Positions 16,550 through 26,454 of a stretch of 64,000 bases of DNA are shown piece after piece (position 1 is the first letter of the stretch; each line of letters begins with the position of its first letter). Both the position numbers and the translations under genes were made by a program. Below the pieces are notes generated by a model. That model had not been told where the DNA came from. It saw nothing but the letters and a program-made list of their open reading frames with translations, and searched no databases. Source of the stretch: a virus; IMG/VR virus record IMGVR_UViG_3300031111_000012, positions 2,338-66,337 of that record; one strand, written 5' to 3'.

Positions 16550-16917
16550 CGCTTGATACTGTTTACTTCGGAGATCGTAGACCAGCGGTAGCAGGAATAG
16601 GTCCTCGGATCTACAGGGATCGGGTTAAGGCAGTCGACGATCAAACCGGGTTCCGGGAAGTAGATCATTGAGTGACCCTCGTAACTTCCTCGAGTAGGAA
16701 TGTCGCATACAACAACCTGCCAATCGATACCAGCCTTGGTAGCTTCGTCAGCCATAAACATGACTGCCCCGTCGCAATCGTCATACAACTTACCTTTAGG
16801 GGTAAGCGTATAACTCCATTGATCCCTTTTTCCCTGCGCCATCATGTCCGGAACGTAGGTAAAGATACCCGCGCAGGCGTTAGCAATGTCCCGGACCTTA
16901 TCGGCACTTTTCGTCAT
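16522..16917 (-). CDS. Transglutaminase-like cysteine peptidase (BTLCP/LapG-like catalytic part)
   Basis: YVPD..G.RDQW...DDCDG...EGHSMI...VD resembles the GDCED/EGHAVL/LD Cys-His-Asp triad. Confidence 0.6.
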   Translation of the reverse strand: MTKSADKVRDIANACAGIFTYVPDMMAQGKRDQWSYTLTPKGKLYDDCDGAVMFMADEATKAGIDWQVVVCDIPTRGSYEGHSMIYFPEPGLIVDCLNPIPVDPRTYSCYRWSTISEVNSIKRWRYLGGWN

Positions 16918-17062
16918 TGGGATTCTCCTGACAGTAAAGGTAAGCTCCCAAAGGAGGAAGTGCAGGGCCCCCCACCTGAGGAGAAGGTTTGGTGCTCAGA
17001 GTTTGCGAGTTGCATCCAAGCAACAAAGCCGCGAGTACTGCGATGAAAAACATCCTTTTCAT
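16898..17062 (-). CDS. 54-aa lipoprotein (below track cut-off)
   Basis: MKRMFFIAVLAALLLGC lipobox, then PALPPLGAYLYCQENPNDEKCR; RBS AGGAG. Confidence 0.75.
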   Translation of the reverse strand: MKRMFFIAVLAALLLGCNSQTLSTKPSPQVGGPALPPLGAYLYCQENPNDEKCR

Positions 17063-17067
17063 TTTGA

Positions 17068-17331
17068 TTAGCTCCTATTCCTGTTTCGTAAGTTATGAAT
17101 CTTTGCCATCTTACTGGTTACCCAGTCGTAAGCAAGGATTAAGGACCCTGCGTGAAAAAACAGCAGGGTAAGTACGTAGGCTATGTGCTTTTCCCACTCC
17201 CCCGGAACTGCAAGGTAAAGGAACAGCAGCGAAGTAGCCGCGTTTATTACCCACAGTAGGAAAAGGATAAAAGCAAGCCTTCCGCACTTAACTATACGAT
17301 CGGGACTATAGGAAAAAAATGAAATGTTCAT
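17068..17331 (-). CDS. Two-TM membrane protein (holin/antiholin candidate)
   Basis: Two hydrophobic helices; lysis-cassette position. Confidence 0.6.
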   Translation of the reverse strand: MNISFFSYSPDRIVKCGRLAFILFLLWVINAATSLLFLYLAVPGEWEKHIAYVLTLLFFHAGSLILAYDWVTSKMAKIHNLRNRNRS

Positions 17332-17705
17332 TTTCCTGAACCTCCTTTATCAGAATCCTTTACGTAGCCTCGCAAATTAAAGACAATTGCGAGCACTTCC
17401 TTAATGCCTAGCTCCTGCAGCGCCCTTGCAATATTAAGGGCCATCATGCCTCCTAGGAACGCAGCAGAAAAGGCCAGGAAACTGTACCCCTCTAGATGCT
17501 TCCACTCAGTGACTAGCCCTGCAATGAGCCACCCAACAGGGGCGGCAATAAACAGGATTCTTATAATCTCGCGGAATAGGGAATCGTTTGGTTTTACCCC
17601 TAATACAAGGCGGCCGATTCCTCCTATAATTCCGAGCAGGGCAAACCAACCACCCGTATCGAGGATTTTTAGGAACCCTTCAAAAATATCCCTGCTGCTT
17701 GACAT
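17328..17705 (-). CDS. Holin candidate (3 TM)
   Basis: Three hydrophobic helices, charged C-terminus, directly after the tail genes. Confidence 0.65.
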   Translation of the reverse strand: MSSSRDIFEGFLKILDTGGWFALLGIIGGIGRLVLGVKPNDSLFREIIRILFIAAPVGWLIAGLVTEWKHLEGYSFLAFSAAFLGGMMALNIARALQELGIKEVLAIVFNLRGYVKDSDKGGSGK

Positions 17706-17717
17706 AAAGCCCTCCGG

Positions 17718-20700
17718 TTATCCTGTGTAGTTTCTTGCAAGCACTATATATCCTACTGTTATCGGGTAGTAAGTATCGTAAAGCTGTACACCACTATCCG
17801 AGTAGGAATTGAAACCATCCCATTCCCACCAAGCGCTGATAAACACGTTATCTGCGGAGGTTTGGGAACCCTTATCCCAAAAAGTTTTCGGTACAAATGG
17901 GGGCATCGCAAAGGTGGAGTATCCAGTACTCCTTGTACTCGCTTTAAACTTCCTCCTACCAGTCGTAGGATCGGTACCATCCGCCTCATGGATATTGGTT
18001 ACCGTAGTTATTGAGTTGTGGTCAACGTAAAAGGTGGAACCACCGATCGTTATGTAAGCTTTGTTTCTACCGATCCTTGGGCTAGTAGCATCCAGTAGGG
18101 ATAGGATTACTTCTAGGTCATCCAGGTCGTAAGTTGCACCTAGGTCTATCTCTACTCCCAAAGTGTTATCTACATTCCTTGTAGAGGGTACAGTTACACT
18201 TCCCGTAGCAATAACGGTGGGCATGTCGGGGGTTATTGTGGATACACTAGTACCTTTAGTGACCCTTAGGAGCGGGTCCCCAGAGTTGTACAGAATCTCA
18301 ACTGCAGGGTCACCACCGGAATCCTTCATAACGATCGACTTACCGTTAAAGTCAACGATCATATTGCTATCCGCGGACCTTGCTATACCTGCGGTTACCT
18401 CACCAATGTTTGCACTGATAGCGGACAGCTGGGTGACGAATAACTTCTCCGCAGTAACTGAGTTTGCCGCGAGGTGTGGGGTCTCAATTGCGCTGTCTGA
18501 GATATGGGTTGAAAGTATCAAGGTGGTAGTTGCAGACTGCTGCGGCGCAATATTTAGGTTATCCTCACCCCACACGTCATAGGCGGCTGCTTTTACGTAG
18601 TAGGTTTGGTCAGGATCAAGGTCAAGGTGGATAAGGTTATCGGGACCATCGTACTTCAAGTTACCGGCACCAGGGGTGAATCCTGTAAGTGTGTCTACCC
18701 ACACTTTAAAACCTGCAATGTCGTTTTCTGCAGGATAGTCAAACTCAATGTTGAGCCCTGAGAGGGTACCAACGACATTCAGATTGGTAAGTGCCACCGC
18801 TTGCGGATTGGTGCTAGTGATCGTTACCCATTCACTCTCCTGCCCCTCAATACCTACAGACTTCACATCGATACGAATGTTGCGGGTACTAGCACCATCC
18901 TCTTTGTACTTGTCGTAGGTATACTCGTAGAAGGTTTCCTTGATGCCTGTTTCAGTTCGCAGAAGCGTGGTGGTTGCGTTGTCGTACACCGCTACTGTAT
19001 AGCTAAATGCATTCTCTGCTTCACCCCAACGAACCGCCATAAAGGTTCCGGTAAAGGGTTGATCAAGTGCAAGTGGGTCAGGCTTTGCCGGTGGGGTTAT
19101 AGCCGCGCCCACAGTTCCTGACCACGTATTCCAGGGGCCTCGGATCAGGCGAACGGACGCAACGCGGATACTAAGAGGTCCAAGGTTTACAGGGAAGTGC
19201 ACCTGAGTTACTGCTGACCCATCGAGGTTAGGTACTGCGCTAGTCCAGTTAATCCCATCAGTGGACTGCTGAATAATGTACTCTACCGCGTTGGGTACTG
19301 GGTCCCAGCTCACTTCGGCAACAGGGGTTATGAGGTCACCTGCAATCGTTACAAACAGGTTGGTGATCGGGGGGCCATCCTCTGGGCTTAGCGGCTTTCC
19401 AGTTTCCGTGGAAGGTTCCGGAGGTATAGTTTGATCTACCGTATGCATTGCCGGATGGTCAGCAACAACTACGAAGTCAACCTGGTTGAAGTTTATCGGC
19501 TGCAGTGCTGTAACGAAGGCTTTAGTAAGCCCGGCATCCTCAGAAGTACCCAATGAGTAGCGAGTGCGCCTACGTGTAGCACCTACGGACTCTATCTCGA
19601 ATCCTACGGGTAGCGTTTCACCCAAAACCATTTGGGTGGGTGCAGTACCTTCAGTAACCAAAATAGGTCCTACTATGGAACCATCCACATCATTGAACTT
19701 AACATAGTGGGAAGCTCCCTCAGTCCACTCAAGGATCTCTGAGCAAGTCAGGGTACCTGTTACTTCATCATACCCTACGACCTCTCCTGATTGGCCCCAG
19801 GCAGGCATATCATGGGAAATCCCGATGGTTGATCCGTACTTAGGGATAAGGCCCTCAGCAGTGGCAGAAAAGTTAATCACCTTGCCGCCGTACTGATGCA
19901 TCGCGCACATATACATGCCTTCGCGCCACGCTTGATCGTGCTCAGTACAACCAAAGAACCGTATCGTGGCGGGCTTGAGGGCAGGGGACCCATCCAAGTA
20001 GCAGGTTACTGCCTTCCAGGTCCAGGTATTCTTATCCAGGTACTCCACCTTAACAGAATCCGAAGAGGTAGAATTAGGAGTGATGTAGTTAATGCTAAAG
20101 CTACCCCTTAGGATGTTTTCCATTGTGAACATCGCAACTTCATTAGCAGCCTGGTGGCGCTGCAGGCTAACGATGTTGCCGATCATAAAGGGTTTAGCTC
20201 TACCTACACGTGCGCAGGATTTCAGTGCATCCCACAGGGTTATCGTTGAGGCAAACACCGCATCGAAGTTATCACCACGATTGGTCCAAATGGTGTCGTA
20301 TGCCTCGAGTGCAAGCAGATCGATGTTAATATCGTTGAGGTCCCCGCCGGTAGTGCTCCTGCATAGGTTGGCAAAAGCCCACGCGATAGACCTGGTTGCT
20401 GTTGGGGCGGACCAACCAGTAACGGAATCCCATATGGGCAGCTTACGAGTAACCTCAATATTGAACTGCTGCGCAGATAACTGACTAAGGGAGTTGGATG
20501 CCTGAATGATCAAAGCAACCAAAGTAACATTCCCATAGGTGCGCTTACTGGGCAGGTATGCATGCAAACCAACCCAGTTCATATTCGTCATGGTACGAGA
20601 GTTTGGTGCAATTGCAGTGGTACGTTGCACCTTGACCTTATAACGACCTGCAGTTACCTGGTACCTGAAGGTCTTGCGGATTGCCGTTGTGGTAGCTCCT

Positions 20701-21713
20701 GGAATTGTTTCAGTACCCAGGGTAGTCCAGGTTCCTATTTCAACATCAGCGTCATCTATCTCAATAGCCCAAAATACCAGCTCAACAGATACCTCACTAA
20801 GCCCACCGCTATCATTTGCATAAAACATACCGCTGGGCGCTACCACATCAAAGGCAAGGTAGTTTGCTTGTGTACCAGAGGCATTAGCAATGAAGGGACC
20901 TACCTCTACGGGCTCGTATAAGTTCTGGCCGGCTACTTCAATTGAGGTTTCTACGTTGTCAGGAAACAGGGATACCTCACCATGCGGCTCGATAACTTCC
21001 CAGGTAGCTCCGGGAAAGTTAGTAAGCGCGGTATCCTCTATTTTCATATCCTCAGTGGTGAAATCGTAGTAACCCTCTCCAATGCAATATAGGGTATAGA
21101 GAAACTGCTCATTGCCTTCGTATGCAGTGTAGGGCTGAGCTGCATACGAAGGCCAGATGCGCAGGTGCCCATAAATATCAGGAATGGGCTCACCTAAGCG
21201 GGAACGGTTACCACGCGCCTGCACATCATAGGTAGGGTCAGGAGAAGGCAGTGCAGATGCCGGCGTGGGCATTGAGGGAGGGGGCAGGATTGCGTTAATC
21301 AGCATATTCCCCAGCATAGTAAAGCCGGCCGCAACAATCTTACCCATAAGGGTAAGGGAGCCTGCTGCCGTAGTCATGCCAGGAAGTGCACCTACAAGAG
21401 GCGGCACGAAGATTGCGATTGCAATCATTAGAATAATGCGAAGCGGGTTACTACCACCCCCACCCAGGGGCACTGCGGGGGCGAAGGTGAGGTTCGTGTT
21501 ATCCCTCATTACTGTAACAGGCCAGTCGGCGCGCAGTATCGGATGACCTCTGTAGAAGCAGATAGTAGGAGTTTCAGTGAACTCCTCAATCCCTAATTGA
21601 TCGAGTGCCTCCCGAATGGTTAGCCCAGCATCAACCTCCGTACGCACTGCGGCACTAGGCGGCTTGTGGTAATCGTCAATTATTACTACTGATACACTCA
21701 TTTCTTTATCCAC
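17718..21713 (-). CDS. Tail tip / host-specificity protein (lambda J-like with fused gpI-like N-terminus, FN3 domains)
   Basis: GGGGSNPLRIILMIAI, RLGEPIPDIYG, ATRSIAWA, FN3-like repeats; follows L- and K-like genes. Confidence 0.9.
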   Translation of the reverse strand: MDKEMSVSVVIIDDYHKPPSAAVRTEVDAGLTIREALDQLGIEEFTETPTICFYRGHPILRADWPVTVMRDNTNLTFAPAVPLGGGGSNPLRIILMIAIAIFVPPLVGALPGMTTAAGSLTLMGKIVAAGFTMLGNMLINAILPPPSMPTPASALPSPDPTYDVQARGNRSRLGEPIPDIYGHLRIWPSYAAQPYTAYEGNEQFLYTLYCIGEGYYDFTTEDMKIEDTALTNFPGATWEVIEPHGEVSLFPDNVETSIEVAGQNLYEPVEVGPFIANASGTQANYLAFDVVAPSGMFYANDSGGLSEVSVELVFWAIEIDDADVEIGTWTTLGTETIPGATTTAIRKTFRYQVTAGRYKVKVQRTTAIAPNSRTMTNMNWVGLHAYLPSKRTYGNVTLVALIIQASNSLSQLSAQQFNIEVTRKLPIWDSVTGWSAPTATRSIAWAFANLCRSTTGGDLNDINIDLLALEAYDTIWTNRGDNFDAVFASTITLWDALKSCARVGRAKPFMIGNIVSLQRHQAANEVAMFTMENILRGSFSINYITPNSTSSDSVKVEYLDKNTWTWKAVTCYLDGSPALKPATIRFFGCTEHDQAWREGMYMCAMHQYGGKVINFSATAEGLIPKYGSTIGISHDMPAWGQSGEVVGYDEVTGTLTCSEILEWTEGASHYVKFNDVDGSIVGPILVTEGTAPTQMVLGETLPVGFEIESVGATRRRTRYSLGTSEDAGLTKAFVTALQPINFNQVDFVVVADHPAMHTVDQTIPPEPSTETGKPLSPEDGPPITNLFVTIAGDLITPVAEVSWDPVPNAVEYIIQQSTDGINWTSAVPNLDGSAVTQVHFPVNLGPLSIRVASVRLIRGPWNTWSGTVGAAITPPAKPDPLALDQPFTGTFMAVRWGEAENAFSYTVAVYDNATTTLLRTETGIKETFYEYTYDKYKEDGASTRNIRIDVKSVGIEGQESEWVTITSTNPQAVALTNLNVVGTLSGLNIEFDYPAENDIAGFKVWVDTLTGFTPGAGNLKYDGPDNLIHLDLDPDQTYYVKAAAYDVWGEDNLNIAPQQSATTTLILSTHISDSAIETPHLAANSVTAEKLFVTQLSAISANIGEVTAGIARSADSNMIVDFNGKSIVMKDSGGDPAVEILYNSGDPLLRVTKGTSVSTITPDMPTVIATGSVTVPSTRNVDNTLGVEIDLGATYDLDDLEVILSLLDATSPRIGRNKAYITIGGSTFYVDHNSITTVTNIHEADGTDPTTGRRKFKASTRSTGYSTFAMPPFVPKTFWDKGSQTSADNVFISAWWEWDGFNSYSDSGVQLYDTYYPITVGYIVLARNYTG

Positions 21714-22120
21714 GTATTTCTAGGAGTCAACCCAAGGAGTTTTAGTTCGAGTGGTGTAGAGAGGCAAGGACCAAACTTCTCTAGGGAGTGAAACATCATT
21801 ATTGGGTTAATGGGATCAGTGAAAGCTACCCAGCAACCTACGTGCATTTCAGAACCCCTACCCATAAAAACAGGACAACCATCCTTCATGTAGGTAGGTG
21901 GCTTAACCTCCCACTTACGAATCTCCCTAAGAAATGCACGCTGCCTAGCCCTGGGGTCCTCAATATGCCAAACATTGGGTATCTCTATCCCATAATGGGT
22001 TCGTTGCACTTCAAGCAGCAAACCCCAACAACTGTAGGCATCAGGACCTAAACCCTCGGCATCATAGCCTTTTGACAAGTAGGGATAGGTCCAATGCGGT
22101 TGGTTGGCTAGTGCTTCCAT
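21698..22120 (-). CDS. Tail assembly protein, NlpC/P60 (lambda K-like)
   Basis: GPDAYSCWGL...HVGCW...HS catalytic pattern. Confidence 0.85.
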   Translation of the reverse strand: MEALANQPHWTYPYLSKGYDAEGLGPDAYSCWGLLLEVQRTHYGIEIPNVWHIEDPRARQRAFLREIRKWEVKPPTYMKDGCPVFMGRGSEMHVGCWVAFTDPINPIMMFHSLEKFGPCLSTPLELKLLGLTPRNTWIKK

Positions 22121-22123
22121 TGG

Positions 22124-22657
22124 TTACAATCCGGGGAATCGATCCTTGGTAAACAGTTGCATCGGATAGGCTCGCTTGTAAACCTGGCTAAAGCTAGCCA
22201 CTGCAGTTATCTCATTCACATCCACAGTAATATCCGTGAGTTCCATATGGATAGGCAGGGTTGAGGGAGCACTGGGTTGCTCAGCAATAAACCCGCGGAA
22301 TGTAACCTCGATCGGGTCAAAGGTAAGGGATACCTGATCGATCATTCTCGCAAGATCCGCAAGTACGTTGTCGACCTTCATCACTAGGGTGCCTGAACCT
22401 GTATCGTCCTGCCTCGGAAGCTCAATCCCAAAAGCACCTCTAACAAAGCGCACGCTTTCCCCACCATTGAGTGGTGCATCTGCTTCGAGTGTTCCGTAGA
22501 AGTCCTCCTTATTGCATACCACCCTACCTGGTGCAGGGGTTTCACCCTCAAGAAAAAGAGGATGCCGAAACTCAAGCGTATCGAGGTGCGTCTCGTTTCG
22601 CTTGCATACAGCAAAGGCCTCCGCAGAGGCCTGAGAGAGTAGATCAACAGTAGACAC
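22124..22657 (-). CDS. Minor tail protein (DUF1833 / lambda L-like)
   Basis: LDTLEFRHP, F.IELP, VDNV, C-terminal FTKDRFPGL. Confidence 0.85.
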   Translation of the reverse strand: MSTVDLLSQASAEAFAVCKRNETHLDTLEFRHPLFLEGETPAPGRVVCNKEDFYGTLEADAPLNGGESVRFVRGAFGIELPRQDDTGSGTLVMKVDNVLADLARMIDQVSLTFDPIEVTFRGFIAEQPSAPSTLPIHMELTDITVDVNEITAVASFSQVYKRAYPMQLFTKDRFPGL

Positions 22658-22672
22658 AATGTACCCCTTACA

Positions 22673-23179
22673 TTAAGCGGGAGCAGGAGCGCGCGCCTGT
22701 GCCCTCTCCTGCACAAGGGTTACTACCTCAGGGAGCGCGTTGTTGATAACAGCCTGCGCAGCATCTCGTTCCTGAGTATCCTTGACTATTTTTGGGTTGG
22801 GTACCTCATGATATACCCCGTCCCCATCAGGAAGGTTTACCGTTGCCGGAATTTCAGGATCCTCGGATACCAGAGGCTGTGCGAGGCGCTCAGCAGCAGC
22901 CTCGTACTCGAGCGCTTGCGACAGTAGGGCTGCATCTGCAACTGCCTGCGCCTGGACGTCTCGGATTGAAAGGACATAGGTAACGTAATCACTGATCTCC
23001 TGCGTTTCCTCCGCAGTAAGAGTGATAAAGCCCGCCCCACTACCGTGAACTAGACGACTTAGTCGCTGTTCCTGTTGTAGGGGATACTGTGAGCGAATGA
23101 TCTCATCGGCGCGCCGCTCAATGTCACGAAGCGTGGGCGCTGTTTGATCATTCACCAGATTGATAACCAATCTGTCCAT
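22673..23179 (-). CDS. Tail fibre-associated / chaperone protein
   Basis: Start at MDRLVINL with RBS GAGGAG, immediately after the fibre gene. Confidence 0.6.
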   Translation of the reverse strand: MDRLVINLVNDQTAPTLRDIERRADEIIRSQYPLQQEQRLSRLVHGSGAGFITLTAEETQEISDYVTYVLSIRDVQAQAVADAALLSQALEYEAAAERLAQPLVSEDPEIPATVNLPDGDGVYHEVPNPKIVKDTQERDAAQAVINNALPEVVTLVQERAQARAPAPA

Positions 23180-23183
23180 CCTG

Positions 23184-25850
23184 TTACTCCTCTTCTGCGT
23201 TAATGGCAATATCGACAGCACCTGGTGCGGCCGCAAACTGAATTACCCACTGAAACCCATCATGCTCTACCGTGTAGTCCTTGAGAGAACCCGGGCGCTT
23301 CTGCGCCCCATCTACAAATACCGTAAGAGGCTTCCAACCTGCAGGAACAGTAAACTGGGGATTCACGGAATCCCCATCATACCAGAAGGTAGTACGGCGC
23401 TTGGTATCCTTACCCATACCACCTTCCAGGAAGGCAGTGCGGATATGCTTACTCGGGGACTTCAACAGTACCCCTGAGTCCCCACCCGCAGCCAGGAACC
23501 CACGATCAGCGTCGGCGCACTTGATAGCCTGCAAAGTGAACCCACTAGCGTAGGAATCAACCACACGCATCCCAGAGAAGGTAGTTACATGATCCCCAGT
23601 GAATACGTGGCACAGTCCCAACGATTCATCGTGGGCCATTGACTTTACGTCCGCCGAGGAGCCCTGAATGAGGCACTTTGCGTTGGGCTCGAACAAGTGT
23701 TTTTCCTGTTCGTAGATGAATCGCAACTGCTCATCAGATACCTCACCTTTAGTAAGGCGCCAAAGTGCCATCATGTCCCCCGTCATACCACCTGCAGGGG
23801 CGCCGGGGCCTGGACCCAAGTTGAGGGTAGTACTCGCACCGAATACAGGGGTAATCCCAGCATCACCGCGCCACAGTTCCCGACCGTTAACGCTTACGGA
23901 GTGTTCCCCGTTTTCAAAGTGGCGCAAGGATACCATTCCCCACTTAGCCTCGGGGAGTGCATCAGTGAAGGTCTCAGTGTTACCTGTAGTATCCTTTTCC
24001 CATACGCTTAGGTCCATATTAGCGTCAAGGTATAAGTGGATAAAGTTACCCACAGTGATATCGTCGCCAAGGTGGAATATCCGCAGAATACCGGAGGGGG
24101 TGGCTACGCGGTATACCCACGCAATCATGCAATACGCAGGGGTATCAGTGAAGATATCCGGACAGTCTGCGTTAGCCAGTGATAGGCTATTGCCCGTAGC
24201 CCAGTTGGTAACTGCTTGCAGCTCAGCGCCCGCAGCCACCGGGGAGAGGCTGTGGGTACCGTTAGAAGTCATGTTTGCCCAATCGTCGATCAGGTTGGTA
24301 GTTGCATCCCCAGAGCAGCAGGCAATCCAAGGGGTACCCATCAACCATCCCGAAACGTTTGCGTAACCATTCCAAGCACGATCGCATCGATCCCCCTGGC
24401 TTGCCTTGATGGTATCGAGACGCATTTGTACAAAGTAAGGATAGCCAGTGCTACCCGTAGCAAATGCCTTGGGAGAATGTCCCCGAATAGCTGGGGAGCC
24501 GGCGGTTGCAGGCTTACGCGTATAAAGCGCGCCGACGGCTCTCTGGTAATGCAGCGAGTTAATATGAGTGAACCCGGCAGTGAGTTCATCTACCCTACCG
24601 TACCAACGAAACTCGTTCGCGAATACCCCCTCGTAGCCTACCAAGTGTTCGTTGATAAAACCTACACCATTCATATCAACTGTTAGGTTGTTGTTATACG
24701 TGATTTCCTGGTTTACGTAGATTGACAGGCCGGTATCCAGAGCAACTGCAATGGTGATTGCAGGACGACCAGTGTCATGGTTTATCGGTGCATCAGGGAG
24801 TGTGGTTATCGCAACACTTCGCACCGCCGTATAGGCTTTCATTACGAAGCCCAAATCAACGTTGTACTGCCAAATAGCGTCCCCGCCGGCACCATAGCGG
24901 GAGGCCAAGTTGTTAAGCAGCATGCCTTGGTAGGTTACGCTGGATGTGTGACGATGGGAGAAATCCCCGGAAAGGCTCACATGGTAAACCCCGCTATTAG
25001 TGCCCACTACGATCTCACCATCCTGCACAGCAATGCAAGTGGGTGAATGCCGAATAACCGAATTGTTTTGGTTGTTGCGGAAACTGATCCACATCGGGAA
25101 ACCCGGCTTGGTCAGATCAAAGGCAACTGTGTGCGTTGTCCAGGCAACCCATGCTACTGCTGCTGGGTAATCAGTGCTCCCCGCACGGTAGATAACTGAT
25201 TGGGTGCTACCAGGTTCCAGCACGTAGAAATGCGGATCAGTGAGAGTGGTATTGGTGTACCAATCACCATCAACACCACCGGCAGCGCGTGCAGCCGCTT
25301 GGTCAATGAAGATCCCGAGATAACGACCGGTGGGACGCGACTCCTGCGCCCAGGATTTATCAGCACCCAGAACAGGAGTTCTCGGGATATCAATCGCCAC
25401 GCCTACGGGGTCGTCAAACGGGTAGAGCAGGGACAACTCATCCAGGGTACCCAGCCAGTCCCCATTGATATGCCCCTCACCATCAGCGAGTGGAATCTTG
25501 CCAGCTTCCGGGGTGAGGGAAGCCGTACCTCCGGTTACGACTTCAACAGCCGATGCAGCAGCGGCTTCCGCAGCGGCCTGAGCTGCCTCCGCAGCGGCCT
25601 GCGCAGTTCCAGCGCTTGAGCTGTAGCCATTGGCAAGATCGCGGGCAGCCTCACACAGGTCAACCAAGCCGCTGCCCGTTGCGTTGTAGGTGTCCTCGAG
25701 GTCCTTGGTAAGCTTGCGGATGGTTTTGATTTCGGAACCGCCATCTACTACGACGGTTTCGTTGTCGGCACCAGTTACAAAGCTGTGGATGTGGGCAACA
25801 TCAACGACAAGTTGGTTTACTGAATTTGTAAGGTCGGTTTCAAGAGTCAT
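23184..25850 (-). CDS. Tail fibre / receptor-binding protein with LamG-like domain
   Basis: Ala-rich coil after the N-terminal anchor, AGKIPLAD motif, beta-rich body, C-terminal LamG-like region (MIAWVY...SVSVNG...LNLG). Confidence 0.75.
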   Translation of the reverse strand: MTLETDLTNSVNQLVVDVAHIHSFVTGADNETVVVDGGSEIKTIRKLTKDLEDTYNATGSGLVDLCEAARDLANGYSSSAGTAQAAAEAAQAAAEAAAASAVEVVTGGTASLTPEAGKIPLADGEGHINGDWLGTLDELSLLYPFDDPVGVAIDIPRTPVLGADKSWAQESRPTGRYLGIFIDQAAARAAGGVDGDWYTNTTLTDPHFYVLEPGSTQSVIYRAGSTDYPAAVAWVAWTTHTVAFDLTKPGFPMWISFRNNQNNSVIRHSPTCIAVQDGEIVVGTNSGVYHVSLSGDFSHRHTSSVTYQGMLLNNLASRYGAGGDAIWQYNVDLGFVMKAYTAVRSVAITTLPDAPINHDTGRPAITIAVALDTGLSIYVNQEITYNNNLTVDMNGVGFINEHLVGYEGVFANEFRWYGRVDELTAGFTHINSLHYQRAVGALYTRKPATAGSPAIRGHSPKAFATGSTGYPYFVQMRLDTIKASQGDRCDRAWNGYANVSGWLMGTPWIACCSGDATTNLIDDWANMTSNGTHSLSPVAAGAELQAVTNWATGNSLSLANADCPDIFTDTPAYCMIAWVYRVATPSGILRIFHLGDDITVGNFIHLYLDANMDLSVWEKDTTGNTETFTDALPEAKWGMVSLRHFENGEHSVSVNGRELWRGDAGITPVFGASTTLNLGPGPGAPAGGMTGDMMALWRLTKGEVSDEQLRFIYEQEKHLFEPNAKCLIQGSSADVKSMAHDESLGLCHVFTGDHVTTFSGMRVVDSYASGFTLQAIKCADADRGFLAAGGDSGVLLKSPSKHIRTAFLEGGMGKDTKRRTTFWYDGDSVNPQFTVPAGWKPLTVFVDGAQKRPGSLKDYTVEHDGFQWVIQFAAAPGAVDIAINAEEE

Positions 25851-25879
25851 GGTAAAGCCTCCAGGCAGTAATTAATCAA

Positions 25880-26086
25880 TCAGGGGTAGTCCATCACTAG
25901 GGTGACGTTGACTGCCTCATAAAGGTCGGAAGCACTAGCAGTTACTACTCTAGCTGGAACTAGGTCAACTACTGCCTGCTGCTCCTGTGTGTAGGAAGGG
26001 GCGGCATCAAGCCCCTTGGTATCCGAAGCCCTCAGTATCCTTCGTGTGGTAGATATCCGATCTGTTACTGGATTGAGGAAATCCAT
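25880..26086 (-). CDS. Small hypothetical protein in tail region
   Basis: 68 aa; start overlaps the previous stop. Confidence 0.55.
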   Translation of the reverse strand: MDFLNPVTDRISTTRRILRASDTKGLDAAPSYTQEQQAVVDLVPARVVTASASDLYEAVNVTLVMDYP

Positions 26087-26454
26087 CAGTAATCCCCCAC
26101 GTAGATATCGCCCCTACGTAGCAGCACCACCTCACCATCAGGCAGGGTTACGGATACTACATAGGTGCCTGAGGTCCAGGTGAAGGCCGCTATATCCGCG
26201 GCCTGCAACTCAAGATCAACTGCACCGTAGTCCGCTGCTGTGGGAATCACAAAATGTCCGCTTGCATCTGTTGCAGTGTAGATAACAGTTCCTGCACTGT
26301 CCTTTACCACGAGGGATGCAGCACAACTGCGCAAGTCGACTGGGGCACCATCGGAATGGGTATAAGCGAACTTGTGCTTATATGTTGCCCCGAGTGGTAT
26401 ATGAATGTTTTCCGTCGGTGTTGGATAGTGTGGGTAATCCGCTGCCTTAAACAT
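26086..26454 (-). CDS. Tail/baseplate-associated protein (BppU-like Ig fold)
   Basis: IPLGATY...DGAPVDL...GTYVV...G.I.V pattern; position between distal tail and fibre genes. Confidence 0.55.
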   Translation of the reverse strand: MFKAADYPHYPTPTENIHIPLGATYKHKFAYTHSDGAPVDLRSCAASLVVKDSAGTVIYTATDASGHFVIPTAADYGAVDLELQAADIAAFTWTSGTYVVSVTLPDGEVVLLRRGDIYVGDY

